From positions 93,173-157,172 of the forward strand of contig CALDDM010000002.1 in NCBI GenBank assembly GCA_937936355.1: a stretch of 64,000 bases of DNA, given 5' to 3'. The notes below the pieces were generated by a model. The model was given only the letters and a program-made list of their open reading frames with translations, was not told where the DNA came from and did not search any database. Origin of the DNA: Minisyncoccota bacterium (lineage in GTDB: Bacteria > Patescibacteriota > Minisyncoccia > Moranbacterales > GCA-2747515). The position numbers and the translations under genes are program-made. Positions 33,826 to 42,603 of this stretch are shown one piece after another (position 1 is the first letter of the stretch; each line of letters opens with the position of its first letter).

Positions 33826-36800
33826 TTATCTGTGCTTTGGTACGGCGTAAATCATACCAACCTCTTTTGACTTGGGTGTGAAAAATCTCCTTGCCTTATC
33901 GATAACTTTTTCCCACAAAGATTTTTCTGTTGGTTGGATCATTTCCTTTTTTACCGTGGTCATTTTTGCCGTATTACTTGGCACGGGCTCTCCGCGCATA
34001 TTGGCCATTGCTCGTGCAATAATTGCTTCTTGCTCCTCGTCGGAAAGGTCACTGAGCTTAGGTGTGACTTTTGAGCTTTCTTTTTGCGCAGAACTCCAGG
34101 TCCATGTTTTTTCATTTTTTGTATAAGACACCCCTTCTGGAATTGTGTTTGCAAATTCGTAATCATATTCAACATCGTCAATGTTGCTACCTGTCGGTGA
34201 TCGTAGTTCCACATATCCAGCGGAGTTATTAAGAGAGATTGCGCTGTGCTTCTTTGTGATGTACTTTGATTCACCTGGCTTTAGACTAAAGGATTTTTTG
34301 AGTGGATGATTGCGAGCACTCTCTTCGTCTTTTCCTGTTGCAATGCTCCAGTCTTTTAGTTTTACTTTTTTCTTATCTTTGTTTGTGATCACAATATATT
34401 CTGCACCACTATCTTTCCCTTCTGGGTTTGGCATAATCTGAGTGATGCGAATTTTTCGCTTTGGATAAGATTTTATCTTTATATCAAATTGTTTGGTGGT
34501 TGATTCTGTGTTAGATGAGACTGTGACTGATGCTATGTATGTGCCTTTGTCTTTGTATTTATGTGTAGTGTCTTTTTTGGTGCTTTTTTTGCCATTGCCG
34601 AAGTCCCATCGTATATCTACGTCATCTTCATCTGCGCCTGAAAATTCTACTTCAAATTCTGCCGTGACATCTTTGTAGAGATTGTCTGTGTTGATGTCTG
34701 TGATGATGATCTCTTCGCCAAAGATATTTGGCCTACCGGGGGTTTGTGTTTTTGAAAATCGCCACCTCTTTCCAGTCCAGCCATATGAAATGCCTTTTGC
34801 TGCTGTGTCGTAGGCTAAAGTGCTTGCTATTTTTTCACCAGGATCGATAAGGGAGAGCGTTTCTGTTCCGGAGTTGTTGAGGGCGAATTTGTATGTATCA
34901 CGATCTACTACTTTGTACTCACCAGGGTCGATGACTTCATCGCTGAATGTGTATTTTCCTGATTTTGATCCGTCTTTTAGAGTCCATGATGATAGGTTTA
35001 CAGTGGATTGTGTAGGATTATAGAGTTCGATATATTCCACAACGCTCCCAGTTTCTGCGTCTGGGTTAGCTAGTATTTCGTTAAGAATGAGTGGTGGATA
35101 GGTATCAAGGGTTACTTCAAATGTCTCTGTTGTTGCATTGCTATCTACTCCCGCATCTGCTTCTTGTTTTTTCGATGAAGCATTGGGTGTTCCTGGTGTT
35201 GGGATTAGGGCTTGGACGAGGTTTTCTTTTAAATCTAATCTTTCTCGAATGAGACTCACGCCTTTGGTGGTCTCGCTGTATGAGACTCTATCTTTCTCAT
35301 TTTCATTTGGAGCGATAAGCGTGAGGAACTCTTCACCGGAATTGTTGAGTGCAAATGTAAAGGTCGGTTTTTCTATTGCTATATAGGCACCAGCCGCTAT
35401 AAGATCGTCGTCTTCAAAGGTGTACTTTCCTGATGCGGATCCGTCTTTTAGCATCCATCCGCTTAGGGATATGTCCCGTGCGTTGGGATTGTAGAGTTCG
35501 ATGAACTCTTTGGCAAATGAGCTCTCATCATCAGGGTTGGGGAGGATTTCTGAGATGATGATAGCAGGGTAGATGGCGAGAATTTCAGTTGATGACTCTG
35601 TCTTTGGAGTGTTCTCATCAGTGATCTTGTCACTTTCTTTTTCCTCGGTAAAAATATTTTCTTCTCCAGGTGTCAGGGTTGTGGTCTGTGCCCATGTGCC
35701 AGTATTCCTATCAAAGCTGAGGCTTATGTCTTCGAGGGCTGTGGTATAGGTTACTTCTGACTTTACCTTCTCATCAGGACTTTGTAGTGTTACGGTCTCT
35801 GTGCCGGAATTATTAAGAGCGATTTTGGATTTTTCTCTGTACAATACACTGTATGATTGGGGTTGTACTGTAAGGTCTTGGATTGTATGCTTTCCCGATA
35901 TAGAAGCATCGCTTAGTATCCACCCTGCTAGATCGATAGTGCTTTCGTTTGGATTGTAGAATTCAACAAATTCACCTTGAATATCTTCTCCCGCAGGATT
36001 GGCGAGAACTTCTGTGAGGATGATTTCTGCAAATGGACCTGTTTGTGTTACTTGTTGATCGGCAGGCGCGTTGTTTTGATTGCTACTATCTTGGCTAGCG
36101 CTTTCACTGCTTTGACTTTGCTCAGTGGCTTGTGATGTGATAATGTTCTCACTTTCTGGTGTTGGCGTTGTCGTGACGGTCCATACTCCATCTATTTTGC
36201 TGTAAGAACTACCTTCAGAGATGTTAGTGTATGTCTGTTTGTCAGAGAGGGATCCGTCTGGTTTAGTCAGGGTGACTGTTTCATCGCCTGTGTTGTTGAG
36301 CGCGAAGCCAAATATGCTCCTGTAAACCGTCAGAAGGCTTTTTGGAGCTATCGTATCATTGCTGTCTAGTGCGTGCCGTCCACCTGCTGATGCGTCGCTG
36401 AGTGTCCAGTCTTTTAGTGTCACCTCTGTATCTGATGGATTATACAGCTCGATAAATTCACTTTCTGCATCACTGCCTGGTGGGTTGGGATAGATTTCAC
36501 TTAGTGTAATATCTGGGAGTTCTGCAGCAGGTGTGAGTGAGGTTATTTTTGCGGTAGTTTTGACCTCACTTTCATTTTGTGCTGTTTTGATACCATCACT
36601 TTCTGGTGCACATTGTAGGACTTGTATGATGTTTGGTGCGTTTGGTGTGAGTGTGTTGGAAGGACTTTGTGTTTTATCTGAGGTTGAGAAATTGAGGCTT
36701 CGTCCTTCTTGTGGTGCTGTAAATTTTACATGTGCTATGATTTCGTCTTGTGCATTTTTGAGGGTGACTGTCTCATCACCTGTGTTGTTGAGCGCGAAGC

Positions 36801-38187
36801 CAAAGTCGCTGCGAAATATTGTCTTGTGCTCTCCTGTCCTAATGGTAGCGTCAATAGGGAATTTATAGGCGCCTTTACTTGCGTCGCTTATCGACCAATC
36901 TGCTATCGAGACATCGTAATCATTTGAATTATGAAGCTCGATATACTCACCTGTTGTATCTGCCCCAATCGGGTTGGGAAGTACTTCGTTGATGGTGATG
37001 TTGGTTGTAGTGCCTCCATCTACCTCTTCTTCATCAGCTTTGGTATTATTGTCATTGTTTGAGATGGTGTTTGTGGTTTTAGTATCTTCTGTTTCCTCAC
37101 TGCTTTCATTTTCTTCACCGACTTTTATCCCCTCATTTGCTGTAAAGACATTTTGTGCACCTGGCGTTGGTGTCGTCGTAGTCTCGAGATTACCATCAGT
37201 GGTTAGTTTTGTACGTGCTTGCGACGTGCCCTCCGGTGTGTCACTAAAACTGATTGTGTCGCTTGTTTCGCCCAAAGGGTTTTGTAGTGTGATCGTTTCC
37301 TTGTCGGTGTTGTTGAGGGCAAAGATAAAGTCGCTGCGCATGAGTATGAGATATCCTGCTGCTGGCACTGTAAGCTCTGCTAGTGACTGGGGTTTGTCAC
37401 TTGCATCTACTAGCGTCCAGTCTGTCAGTGTCTGTGGCGAATTTGATGGATTATAGAGCTCGATAAACTCACCTTCCGCATCGCTGCCTTGTGGGTTAGG
37501 CAGTGCCTCTGAGATAATGATTGCTGGATATGTTATGGGTTCCGATGTGCTGTTGTTAGAGTTGTCCTGAGCACTTCCATTTTCTGTGTCACTCGCATTG
37601 TCTGTTGTGTTTTCTATATTGGTGTTGTTCGACTCTTCGACAATATCGCTTTGTGTGCTGTCTTTTTCCTCAAGATCTTCTTGTGTGCTGGTTTCTTGTA
37701 CATGCTCAGATCCAGGTGTGGGATCATGGAGCTCGGGTGTGCTGGACTTTTCGCTGCGATTCCAAGACTTGCCTTCGGTAGAGCTTGTGAATGTTAGTGT
37801 GTCGATGACTGTTCCATCTGCTGTGGTGAGAAAGATGTCGTCTCCAGTGTTGTTGAGTGCAAATGTAAAGTCGGCACTATGTGTGAGGACTGCGTATGAG
37901 AGTGGGGAGATTATAAAGCCCTCTGCAAATGTGTATGAACCTCTACCTGTGCGATCATTTATCGATATGTCAGATAGATCGATAGGTGTTTCACTTGCGT
38001 TGTGAATTTCGATAAATTCATTGCCGCTATCAGCTCCTGTGGGGTTTGGTAATGCTTCTGAGATGTAGAGATCTGTATATTGAGAAGATGATTCCTGTGC
38101 TTGTGCTGTATGAGTGAGCGCGATGTAGGTCGCTATGAAAGCAGCGAATGCATAAATTGCTAGTGTGCTTTTTGATTTGATATCCAT
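33826..38187 (-). CDS. giant secreted/cell-surface protein: 8 lamin-tail-domain (LTD) modules + 1 PKD-like domain
   Basis: 1453 aa. N-terminal signal/anchor LAIYAFAAFIATYIALTHTAQAQE. Eight modules begin I(S/N/T)E(A/V/I)LPNPxGxDxxxEFIELYNP... and contain F(G/T)FALNNTGDE (aa ~39, 219, 395, 558, 720, 873, 1030, 1245). PKD-like DIRWDFGNGKKSTKKDTTHKYKDKGTYIASVTVS at about aa 1190-1225. Confidence 0.8.
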   Translation of the reverse strand: MDIKSKSTLAIYAFAAFIATYIALTHTAQAQESSSQYTDLYISEALPNPTGADSGNEFIEIHNASETPIDLSDISINDRTGRGSYTFAEGFIISPLSYAVLTHSADFTFALNNTGDDIFLTTADGTVIDTLTFTSSTEGKSWNRSEKSSTPELHDPTPGSEHVQETSTQEDLEEKDSTQSDIVEESNNTNIENTTDNASDTENGSAQDNSNNSTSEPITYPAIIISEALPNPQGSDAEGEFIELYNPSNSPQTLTDWTLVDASDKPQSLAELTVPAAGYLILMRSDFIFALNNTDKETITLQNPLGETSDTISFSDTPEGTSQARTKLTTDGNLETTTTPTPGAQNVFTANEGIKVGEENESSEETEDTKTTNTISNNDNNTKADEEEVDGGTTTNITINEVLPNPIGADTTGEYIELHNSNDYDVSIADWSISDASKGAYKFPIDATIRTGEHKTIFRSDFGFALNNTGDETVTLKNAQDEIIAHVKFTAPQEGRSLNFSTSDKTQSPSNTLTPNAPNIIQVLQCAPESDGIKTAQNESEVKTTAKITSLTPAAELPDITLSEIYPNPPGSDAESEFIELYNPSDTEVTLKDWTLSDASAGGRHALDSNDTIAPKSLLTVYRSIFGFALNNTGDETVTLTKPDGSLSDKQTYTNISEGSSYSKIDGVWTVTTTPTPESENIITSQATEQSQSSESASQDSSNQNNAPADQQVTQTGPFAEIILTEVLANPAGEDIQGEFVEFYNPNESTIDLAGWILSDASISGKHTIQDLTVQPQSYSVLYREKSKIALNNSGTETVTLQSPDEKVKSEVTYTTALEDISLSFDRNTGTWAQTTTLTPGEENIFTEEKESDKITDENTPKTESSTEILAIYPAIIISEILPNPDDESSFAKEFIELYNPNARDISLSGWMLKDGSASGKYTFEDDDLIAAGAYIAIEKPTFTFALNNSGEEFLTLIAPNENEKDRVSYSETTKGVSLIRERLDLKENLVQALIPTPGTPNASSKKQEADAGVDSNATTETFEVTLDTYPPLILNEILANPDAETGSVVEYIELYNPTQSTVNLSSWTLKDGSKSGKYTFSDEVIDPGEYKVVDRDTYKFALNNSGTETLSLIDPGEKIASTLAYDTAAKGISYGWTGKRWRFSKTQTPGRPNIFGEEIIITDINTDNLYKDVTAEFEVEFSGADEDDVDIRWDFGNGKKSTKKDTTHKYKDKGTYIASVTVSSNTESTTKQFDIKIKSYPKRKIRITQIMPNPEGKDSGAEYIVITNKDKKKVKLKDWSIATGKDEESARNHPLKKSFSLKPGESKYITKKHSAISLNNSAGYVELRSPTGSNIDDVEYDYEFANTIPEGVSYTKNEKTWTWSSAQKESSKVTPKLSDLSDEEQEAIIARAMANMRGEPVPSNTAKMTTVKKEMIQPTEKSLWEKVIDKARRFFTPKSKEVGMIYAVPKHR
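34093..38073 (-). repeat. intragenic tandem coding repeats (LTD modules, period about 480-500 nt)
   Basis: DNA-level conservation between modules. For example, 36271-36312 versus 36763-36804 (GGTGACTGTYTCATCRCCTGTGTTGTTGAGCGCGAAGCCAAA, 40/42 identical, offset 492 nt). GGATTRTAGAGYTCGAT recurs at about 35017, 35487, 36437 and 37449. Confidence 0.7.
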
Positions 38188-38358
38188 GTTAAAAATTACC
38201 GTCTTCTCCTCCGCGTACTGTTGTATTTTTATGTGTTATATCTACAAGCAGTTTTGCAATACGATCTTGATTCATTGATAAAAACCGACCTCATACTATA
38301 TCATATAAATTTATTTTAAGCACATACATGCTTTTTGCTATTCTCTGTATGCATGCAA

Positions 38359-38396
38359 AAAAACTGCTAGCACTTTATTTGCTGACAGTTTTTTGT
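38359..38396. terminator. bidirectional terminator-like hairpin downstream of the bPH gene
   Basis: AAAAAACTGCTAGCACTTTATTTGCTGACAGTTTTTT. AACTG/CAGTT and AGCA/TGCT pairings are flanked by an A-run and a T-run. Confidence 0.55.
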
Positions 38397-38409
38397 GGTG
38401 GGCTTATTT

Positions 38410-39000
38410 TTAATCGTGTGCTATCTCGTGGTCAACTTGTTCTTTCTTTATGGCTTCGGGGTGCGCACGTTTGGAGATAGCCTGGCGATTCAGATGCATG
38501 ATCAGCGTTTTGATTTTTTCTGGTCTTCCTACGTGACGGAACATGAATTTTCCTTGTGAACCAGCAGTTTGTACATAGACATCGCCATAGTTGAAAATGG
38601 TTTGAATGATGCCTTGTATCTCGCTCTCCACATCTTGTATGTGTGTGTAGTCGAGCTCGCTTGTTGAGCGTGCAAAAAACCCCTTTTGTTCGACGTTGAT
38701 GACACGCGCACTTGTTATGATCCAGATATCCAAAAAATAATCCACCCAAACAAAGAAGCTGTAGAGCCATGTGACGAGGTAAAGCATTGCTGTTCCAAAA
38801 TAGATCGCTGGTATGAGCTGTGGCGTGCCATTTGCCTGCATGATGCGCGCTGCATAGATTGAGCAGGCTGTGACTAGGATGAGAAAGAAAGCTGCGATAA
38901 TGAAGCGTGACGCAAGATCAAACCAGTGTCTGTGTACGACGGCATACGTTCTCTCTTTGGTATGTGTCGTTGAGTGAATGATTTTGTCAAAATTATTCAT
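38410..39000 (-). CDS. membrane protein with bacterial PH (YdbT/bPH_2-like) domain
   Basis: 196 aa. 2 TM followed by WIITSARVINVEQKGFFARSTSELDYTHIQDVESEIQGIIQTIFNYGDVYVQTAG, a bPH pattern. Confidence 0.7.
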   Translation of the reverse strand: MNNFDKIIHSTTHTKERTYAVVHRHWFDLASRFIIAAFFLILVTACSIYAARIMQANGTPQLIPAIYFGTAMLYLVTWLYSFFVWVDYFLDIWIITSARVINVEQKGFFARSTSELDYTHIQDVESEIQGIIQTIFNYGDVYVQTAGSQGKFMFRHVGRPEKIKTLIMHLNRQAISKRAHPEAIKKEQVDHEIAHD

Positions 39001-39209
39001 TAGTATTGCGTCAATTGTTCAAAGGGTATCATAGCAAATAGAGCTGTGGTGATCGTGACAAGAATGAGTGTTCCAATGATAAAAAATACTGTTGTCATCG
39101 TTGCTATCTTTTTGTCAATGGAATAGCGTTGCAAATGAAATGTGACGATGATGCATGCTATGAGTACGCATATCAGAAAAACAAAGTAGAGTAGTGCAAA
39201 AAGTTGCAT
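39000..39209 (-). CDS. small 2-TM membrane protein
   Basis: 69 aa and hydrophobic. Its stop overlaps the start of the downstream bPH gene (TAATG). Lies 27 nt downstream of ruvB. Confidence 0.45.
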   Translation of the reverse strand: MQLFALLYFVFLICVLIACIIVTFHLQRYSIDKKIATMTTVFFIIGTLILVTITTALFAMIPFEQLTQY

Positions 39210-39236
39210 GATATGGAGCTTTGGATTGATTTATAC

Positions 39237-40262
39237 TTAGCTTTCGTATGGGTGGCCGAGATAATCGTATGCATGCTTGGTAGCAACGCGACCTCTCGGT
39301 GTCCGATCAAGGAATCCGTTTTGTGTTAGGTAGGGCTCATAAACATCTTCGATTGTCTGCACTTCTTCGGAGAGGGCATTTGCAATGGTATTGATGCCGA
39401 CTGGTCCTCCGCCAAATTTTTCGATGATGAGTGTGAGAAAGTCTCGATCGGTCGGCTCTAGTCCTGCGTTATCTATTGCGAGCATGTCGAGTGTTTTTGT
39501 GACTGTGTCTAGTGAAATTGTATCATGCTCGTGCACTTGAGCGAAGTCACGTGCACGCTTTAAGAGCCTGTTTGCAATACGTGGTGTTTGTCTTGCGGCG
39601 TTGCCAAGTTTTTTTGCGGCATCTTGATTAATGCCTATTTCGAGGATGTTTGCTGAGCGAGAAATGATGCTTTGGATATCGTCGATATCGTAGAATTCAA
39701 GTCGATGAATTGCACCGAATCGATCACGTAGGGGTCCTGTTAATGTGCCCATGCGTGTTGTTGCGCCGACGAGCGTGAATTTTGGGAGGTCGATTTGTAA
39801 TGCTTGTGCACTTGGCCCCTTGCCTACAACAAGGTCGAGTTTATGATCCTCCATTGCTGGGTAAAGTACTTCCTCAACGGATTTGTTGAGCCTGTGAATC
39901 TCATCGATAAAAAGTATGTCACCGTCACTCATGTTTGTAAGTATTGATCCGAGATCACCTACGCGCTCAATAGCTGGACCTGAGGTTACCTTGATATTGG
40001 CACTCATTTCTTTTGCGATGATGTTGGCGAGTGTTGTTTTCCCTAGACCCGGTGGTCCGTAGAGGAGGATGTGCTCGAGTGCATCACCTCGTTTTTTTGC
40101 TGCATCAAGAAAGATGCGCAATTGCTTTTTGAGTGTTTTTTGACCAACATACTCTTCGAGAGTTTGTGGTCGTAGTGTAATATCAAAAGTGACTTCTTGT
40201 ACATCCTGTTCTGCGGGTACGCTTTCTCCTTCTAATTCTTGTTTTGATGAGGTATTGAGCAT
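39237..40262 (-). CDS. ruvB: Holliday junction branch-migration ATPase RuvB
   Basis: 341 aa. LRPQTLEEYVGQ, Walker A GPPGLGKTT, Walker B LFIDEIHRL, and RTPRGR near the C-terminus. Confidence 0.95.
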   Translation of the reverse strand: MLNTSSKQELEGESVPAEQDVQEVTFDITLRPQTLEEYVGQKTLKKQLRIFLDAAKKRGDALEHILLYGPPGLGKTTLANIIAKEMSANIKVTSGPAIERVGDLGSILTNMSDGDILFIDEIHRLNKSVEEVLYPAMEDHKLDLVVGKGPSAQALQIDLPKFTLVGATTRMGTLTGPLRDRFGAIHRLEFYDIDDIQSIISRSANILEIGINQDAAKKLGNAARQTPRIANRLLKRARDFAQVHEHDTISLDTVTKTLDMLAIDNAGLEPTDRDFLTLIIEKFGGGPVGINTIANALSEEVQTIEDVYEPYLTQNGFLDRTPRGRVATKHAYDYLGHPYES

Positions 40263-40359
40263 AGTGGGTGTTGTAACTTTTATATATGCAGCTGGCTTTG
40301 CTACTTCTTCAGGTTTTGAATTGCTCTGTAGGTTCCATTATACGGTGCTTTCTAGGGTA

Positions 40360-40388
40360 TTGACAAATTTTTGTATGTATGCTATATT
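40360..40388 (+). promoter_or_regulatory. near-consensus sigma70 promoter driving a non-coding unit
   Basis: TTGACA 40360-40365, a 17-nt spacer, then TATATT 40383-40388. Confidence 0.65.
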
Positions 40389-40395
40389 ATCTAGT

Positions 40396-40669
40396 CATGC
40401 AAGGCGGGCCCGCTCTCCTTGATCTGACATACTTTACAAATGGTTTTTTTGACTCTGTAGGCATGCTTGGGTATTCTATCTTTTTATCTAAGTATTAGAA
40501 TGTCATGTCCAGATCGGGTAGGGTGGTTCCGGCTGCGCTATTCCTCGACGGGCCTTCTCCCTATGTTCTTGCTTACCAGCTCCATGGGTTGTGTCTACAG
40601 TGTCTAGATTGCCATTTCCTGCAGAGAATAGTCTTGCGTCTTACTCAACCTTTTAGGTTGAGTTTTTTG
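40396..40669 (+). ncRNA. candidate structured ncRNA (~270 nt), family unassigned
   Basis: Bounded by the promoter above and a terminator CTCAACC-TTTTA-GGTTGAG+TTTTTTG (40644-40669). No ORF over 35 codons and none with an SD. Locally GC-rich segments sit in an AT-rich spacer. A 5' hairpin GUCAUGCAAGG[CGGGCCCGCUCU]CCUUGAUCUGAC is possible. A long-range 9-bp helix CTCTGTAGG (40453-40461) / CCTGCAGAG (40618-40626) is possible. Confidence 0.45.
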
Positions 40670-40778
40670 TTATGATCTCCTTTTTACATAATATAAGTGA
40701 AAAGATTTTTATAAGCTCAAAAAATCGTGGTGTTGTATTTCTTTGAGTACGTCTTCTGGGATAATTTTTTTGCATGAT

Positions 40779-40812
40779 AAAATGCCTCGTCACATTATGA
40801 CGAGGCATTTTT
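40779..40812. terminator. bidirectional rho-independent terminator
   Basis: AAAA-TGCCTCGTCA-CATTA-TGACGAGGCA-TTTTT forms a 10-bp perfect stem, immediately 3' of the minus-strand gene ending at 40815. Confidence 0.85.
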
Positions 40813-40814
40813 CC

Positions 40815-41255
40815 TTAATTCTCTTTTTCGTCGGTTTCTATCCACCTGACGACTGTCCGGTAGGTTGGTTGAATTTCTTTCAATTCTTCACCATCCCTCC
40901 CTTTTAAAATAGAGAGCTTCCCGTTTTTTGTGAGGACTATTTTTTCAGTGAGTCCGTTTTCTTGTGTGGGTTGCTTGATCTTGCTTATTCGCTCTTCGAT
41001 ACACCTTGGTATTGTGTTCAACCTATCGATACAGGCTTGTATGTCTCGCTCTATTCTTCTCGTTTCCAGAAAAGCCTCTTTTGACCGATAATTTTCTGGA
41101 TATTTACTTTGATCGTGGATTGATATCGCTATTGCCGATATGTTCCAGAAGATCGTTAGGGCTAGGCTAACAAAAAAAGTTTTGATCACGAACCATAAAG
41201 GCTCTATTTTTTTGAGGTTTTCCTCTAGAGCAGGGTTTTGGTTTTCGCTTTGCAT
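40815..41255 (-). CDS. single-pass membrane protein, unknown family
   Basis: 146 aa. TM LWFVIKTFFVSLALTIFWNISAIAISI. No recognised motif. Confidence 0.45.
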   Translation of the reverse strand: MQSENQNPALEENLKKIEPLWFVIKTFFVSLALTIFWNISAIAISIHDQSKYPENYRSKEAFLETRRIERDIQACIDRLNTIPRCIEERISKIKQPTQENGLTEKIVLTKNGKLSILKGRDGEELKEIQPTYRTVVRWIETDEKEN

Positions 41256-41406
41256 CTCATTCTCCTTTTTGTCCTGGGGGTTTAGGACATGATACTATAG
41301 CATAATATTATTATTTTGTAAATACACCCTCCTTTATATATTGACATTTTGCTAGTATAATGCTATTTTTCTTTTGCATGAAAAATGTGCGATTAAAGGA
41401 GTTATT

Positions 41407-42510
41407 TTGAAAATTGATAAAAAGAAAGGACCTGAGCTGGTAGCGGCTGTAGATCATTTGCTCGAGTGCTCAATGCGCGACCGTCCGAAGAGTGCTTATT
41501 TGTTTGACCTGGCACGTCGAGGCGCATCTTCACAGGGTTGGGGTGCGTTGGCTGTGTTTTTTTATAGAAATAATCGAGGCTCGACCTATGTAGAGCGCGC
41601 ACGTCAACAGGCTAGGAAATCCTTTGAGGATATCCTTGCGCTGAGCGCCGTACAGAGCGCTGCGCTTGGTGATGTGCGAGGTGTCTATCGTGCGCAAAAA
41701 GATGGACACGAGCTTTCGCAGAAAAGTATCGATGCCCTTTATGAGGCTGTCAGTATGTATCCGAGGGGTCCTGCTGGAGAGAGTGATCTGCGATTGGCGT
41801 TTTTGCTACAGCCTTCACCACATCTGGTGGTACAGTCTCTTATAAGGAGCCGGATTCGTGTATTGGATGATGTGCAAAAAATACCACATGATACGAAGGG
41901 TTTTGGCACGTACTGTGACAAGATCATTGCGCTACTGAGACCTACAAGTCATATTGTGCCTATGATCCATCTCGCGTGCATTACAACTGTGTGTGATGCT
42001 TCAGTTAGACGTATTGTGCGGTATGTTGTCGCGTCTGAGGATCGAAGCCTCTTCTCGTCGGTAAGATTGTTACTCGAAAAGTATGATGTTTCCGTAAGTC
42101 TGATGAGTCAATATGTTAATGCTGCAATGGATTGTGGCGTTGTGTGGAATGTCCAAACTTTTGAAAAGTACGTAGGTCAGAGACCCTCGACACCTCAAAG
42201 AAAAGAGATGCAGAATCGCTATCTTTTGTCAGGAAAAATTATTGAAATTGACCGATCAGTCGAATACTTCGGAAGGCGATTTAGGCGCTCTGAAGTTGGC
42301 GATGCATTTGATAAGCTGATCCATACTGGAAGCTTGGCGCGTGCCTTGGACCTTTTTGACGAGGTTTCACAAAGAAGGAAGAAGGTGTTACTTGCCACAG
42401 CGATCTCGCATGGCATATTAGGGATTGCAGAATCTGCCGCCAAGAGGCTTGGTAGTACACTGACAGATCATCAATTGATTTTGCTTTCTTGCAATCACAA
42501 AAATTTGTAA
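41407..42510 (+). CDS. all-alpha-looking cytoplasmic protein, unknown family
   Basis: ORF 41374..42510. AAGGAG (41396-41401) lies 5 nt upstream of TTG 41407, so that start is preferred. R/A/L-rich and visibly GC-richer than its surroundings. No recognised motif. Confidence 0.5.
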   Translation: MKIDKKKGPELVAAVDHLLECSMRDRPKSAYLFDLARRGASSQGWGALAVFFYRNNRGSTYVERARQQARKSFEDILALSAVQSAALGDVRGVYRAQKDGHELSQKSIDALYEAVSMYPRGPAGESDLRLAFLLQPSPHLVVQSLIRSRIRVLDDVQKIPHDTKGFGTYCDKIIALLRPTSHIVPMIHLACITTVCDASVRRIVRYVVASEDRSLFSSVRLLLEKYDVSVSLMSQYVNAAMDCGVVWNVQTFEKYVGQRPSTPQRKEMQNRYLLSGKIIEIDRSVEYFGRRFRRSEVGDAFDKLIHTGSLARALDLFDEVSQRRKKVLLATAISHGILGIAESAAKRLGSTLTDHQLILLSCNHKNL

Positions 42511-42544
42511 TCGTACGTGGCATGGCCATGTAGGATCAATGAAT

Positions 42545-42580
42545 AAAAAGTCCGCACTCTTAGATGAGTGCGGACTTTTC
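42545..42580. terminator. bidirectional rho-independent terminator
   Basis: AAAAA-GTCCGCACTC-TTAGAT-GAGTGCGGAC-TTTTC forms a 10-bp stem between convergent genes. Confidence 0.85.
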
Positions 42581-42603
42581 ATTGAACATCAGCATCTCAA
42601 TCT

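Noticed and set aside
40396-40669. Assigning the candidate ncRNAs (here and 58624-58838) to RNase P RNA, SRP RNA, tmRNA or tRNA
   Set aside because: I could not find the GGAAAGUCC/ACAGAA RNase P cores. The SRP helix-8 GGAA tetraloop with flanking AGCA/GGAA pairing is also absent. Neither has a tRNA-like 3' end, and both are too short for RNase P or tmRNA. They are left unassigned.
41341-41361. TTGACA at 41341 followed by TATAAT at 41356 as the promoter of the 41407 gene
   Set aside because: The spacer is only 9 nt, so these two hexamers cannot work together. The real promoter may use TATAAT with a weak upstream -35 (TTTATA, 41333), or TTGACA with a weak TATTTT -10. It is left unannotated.
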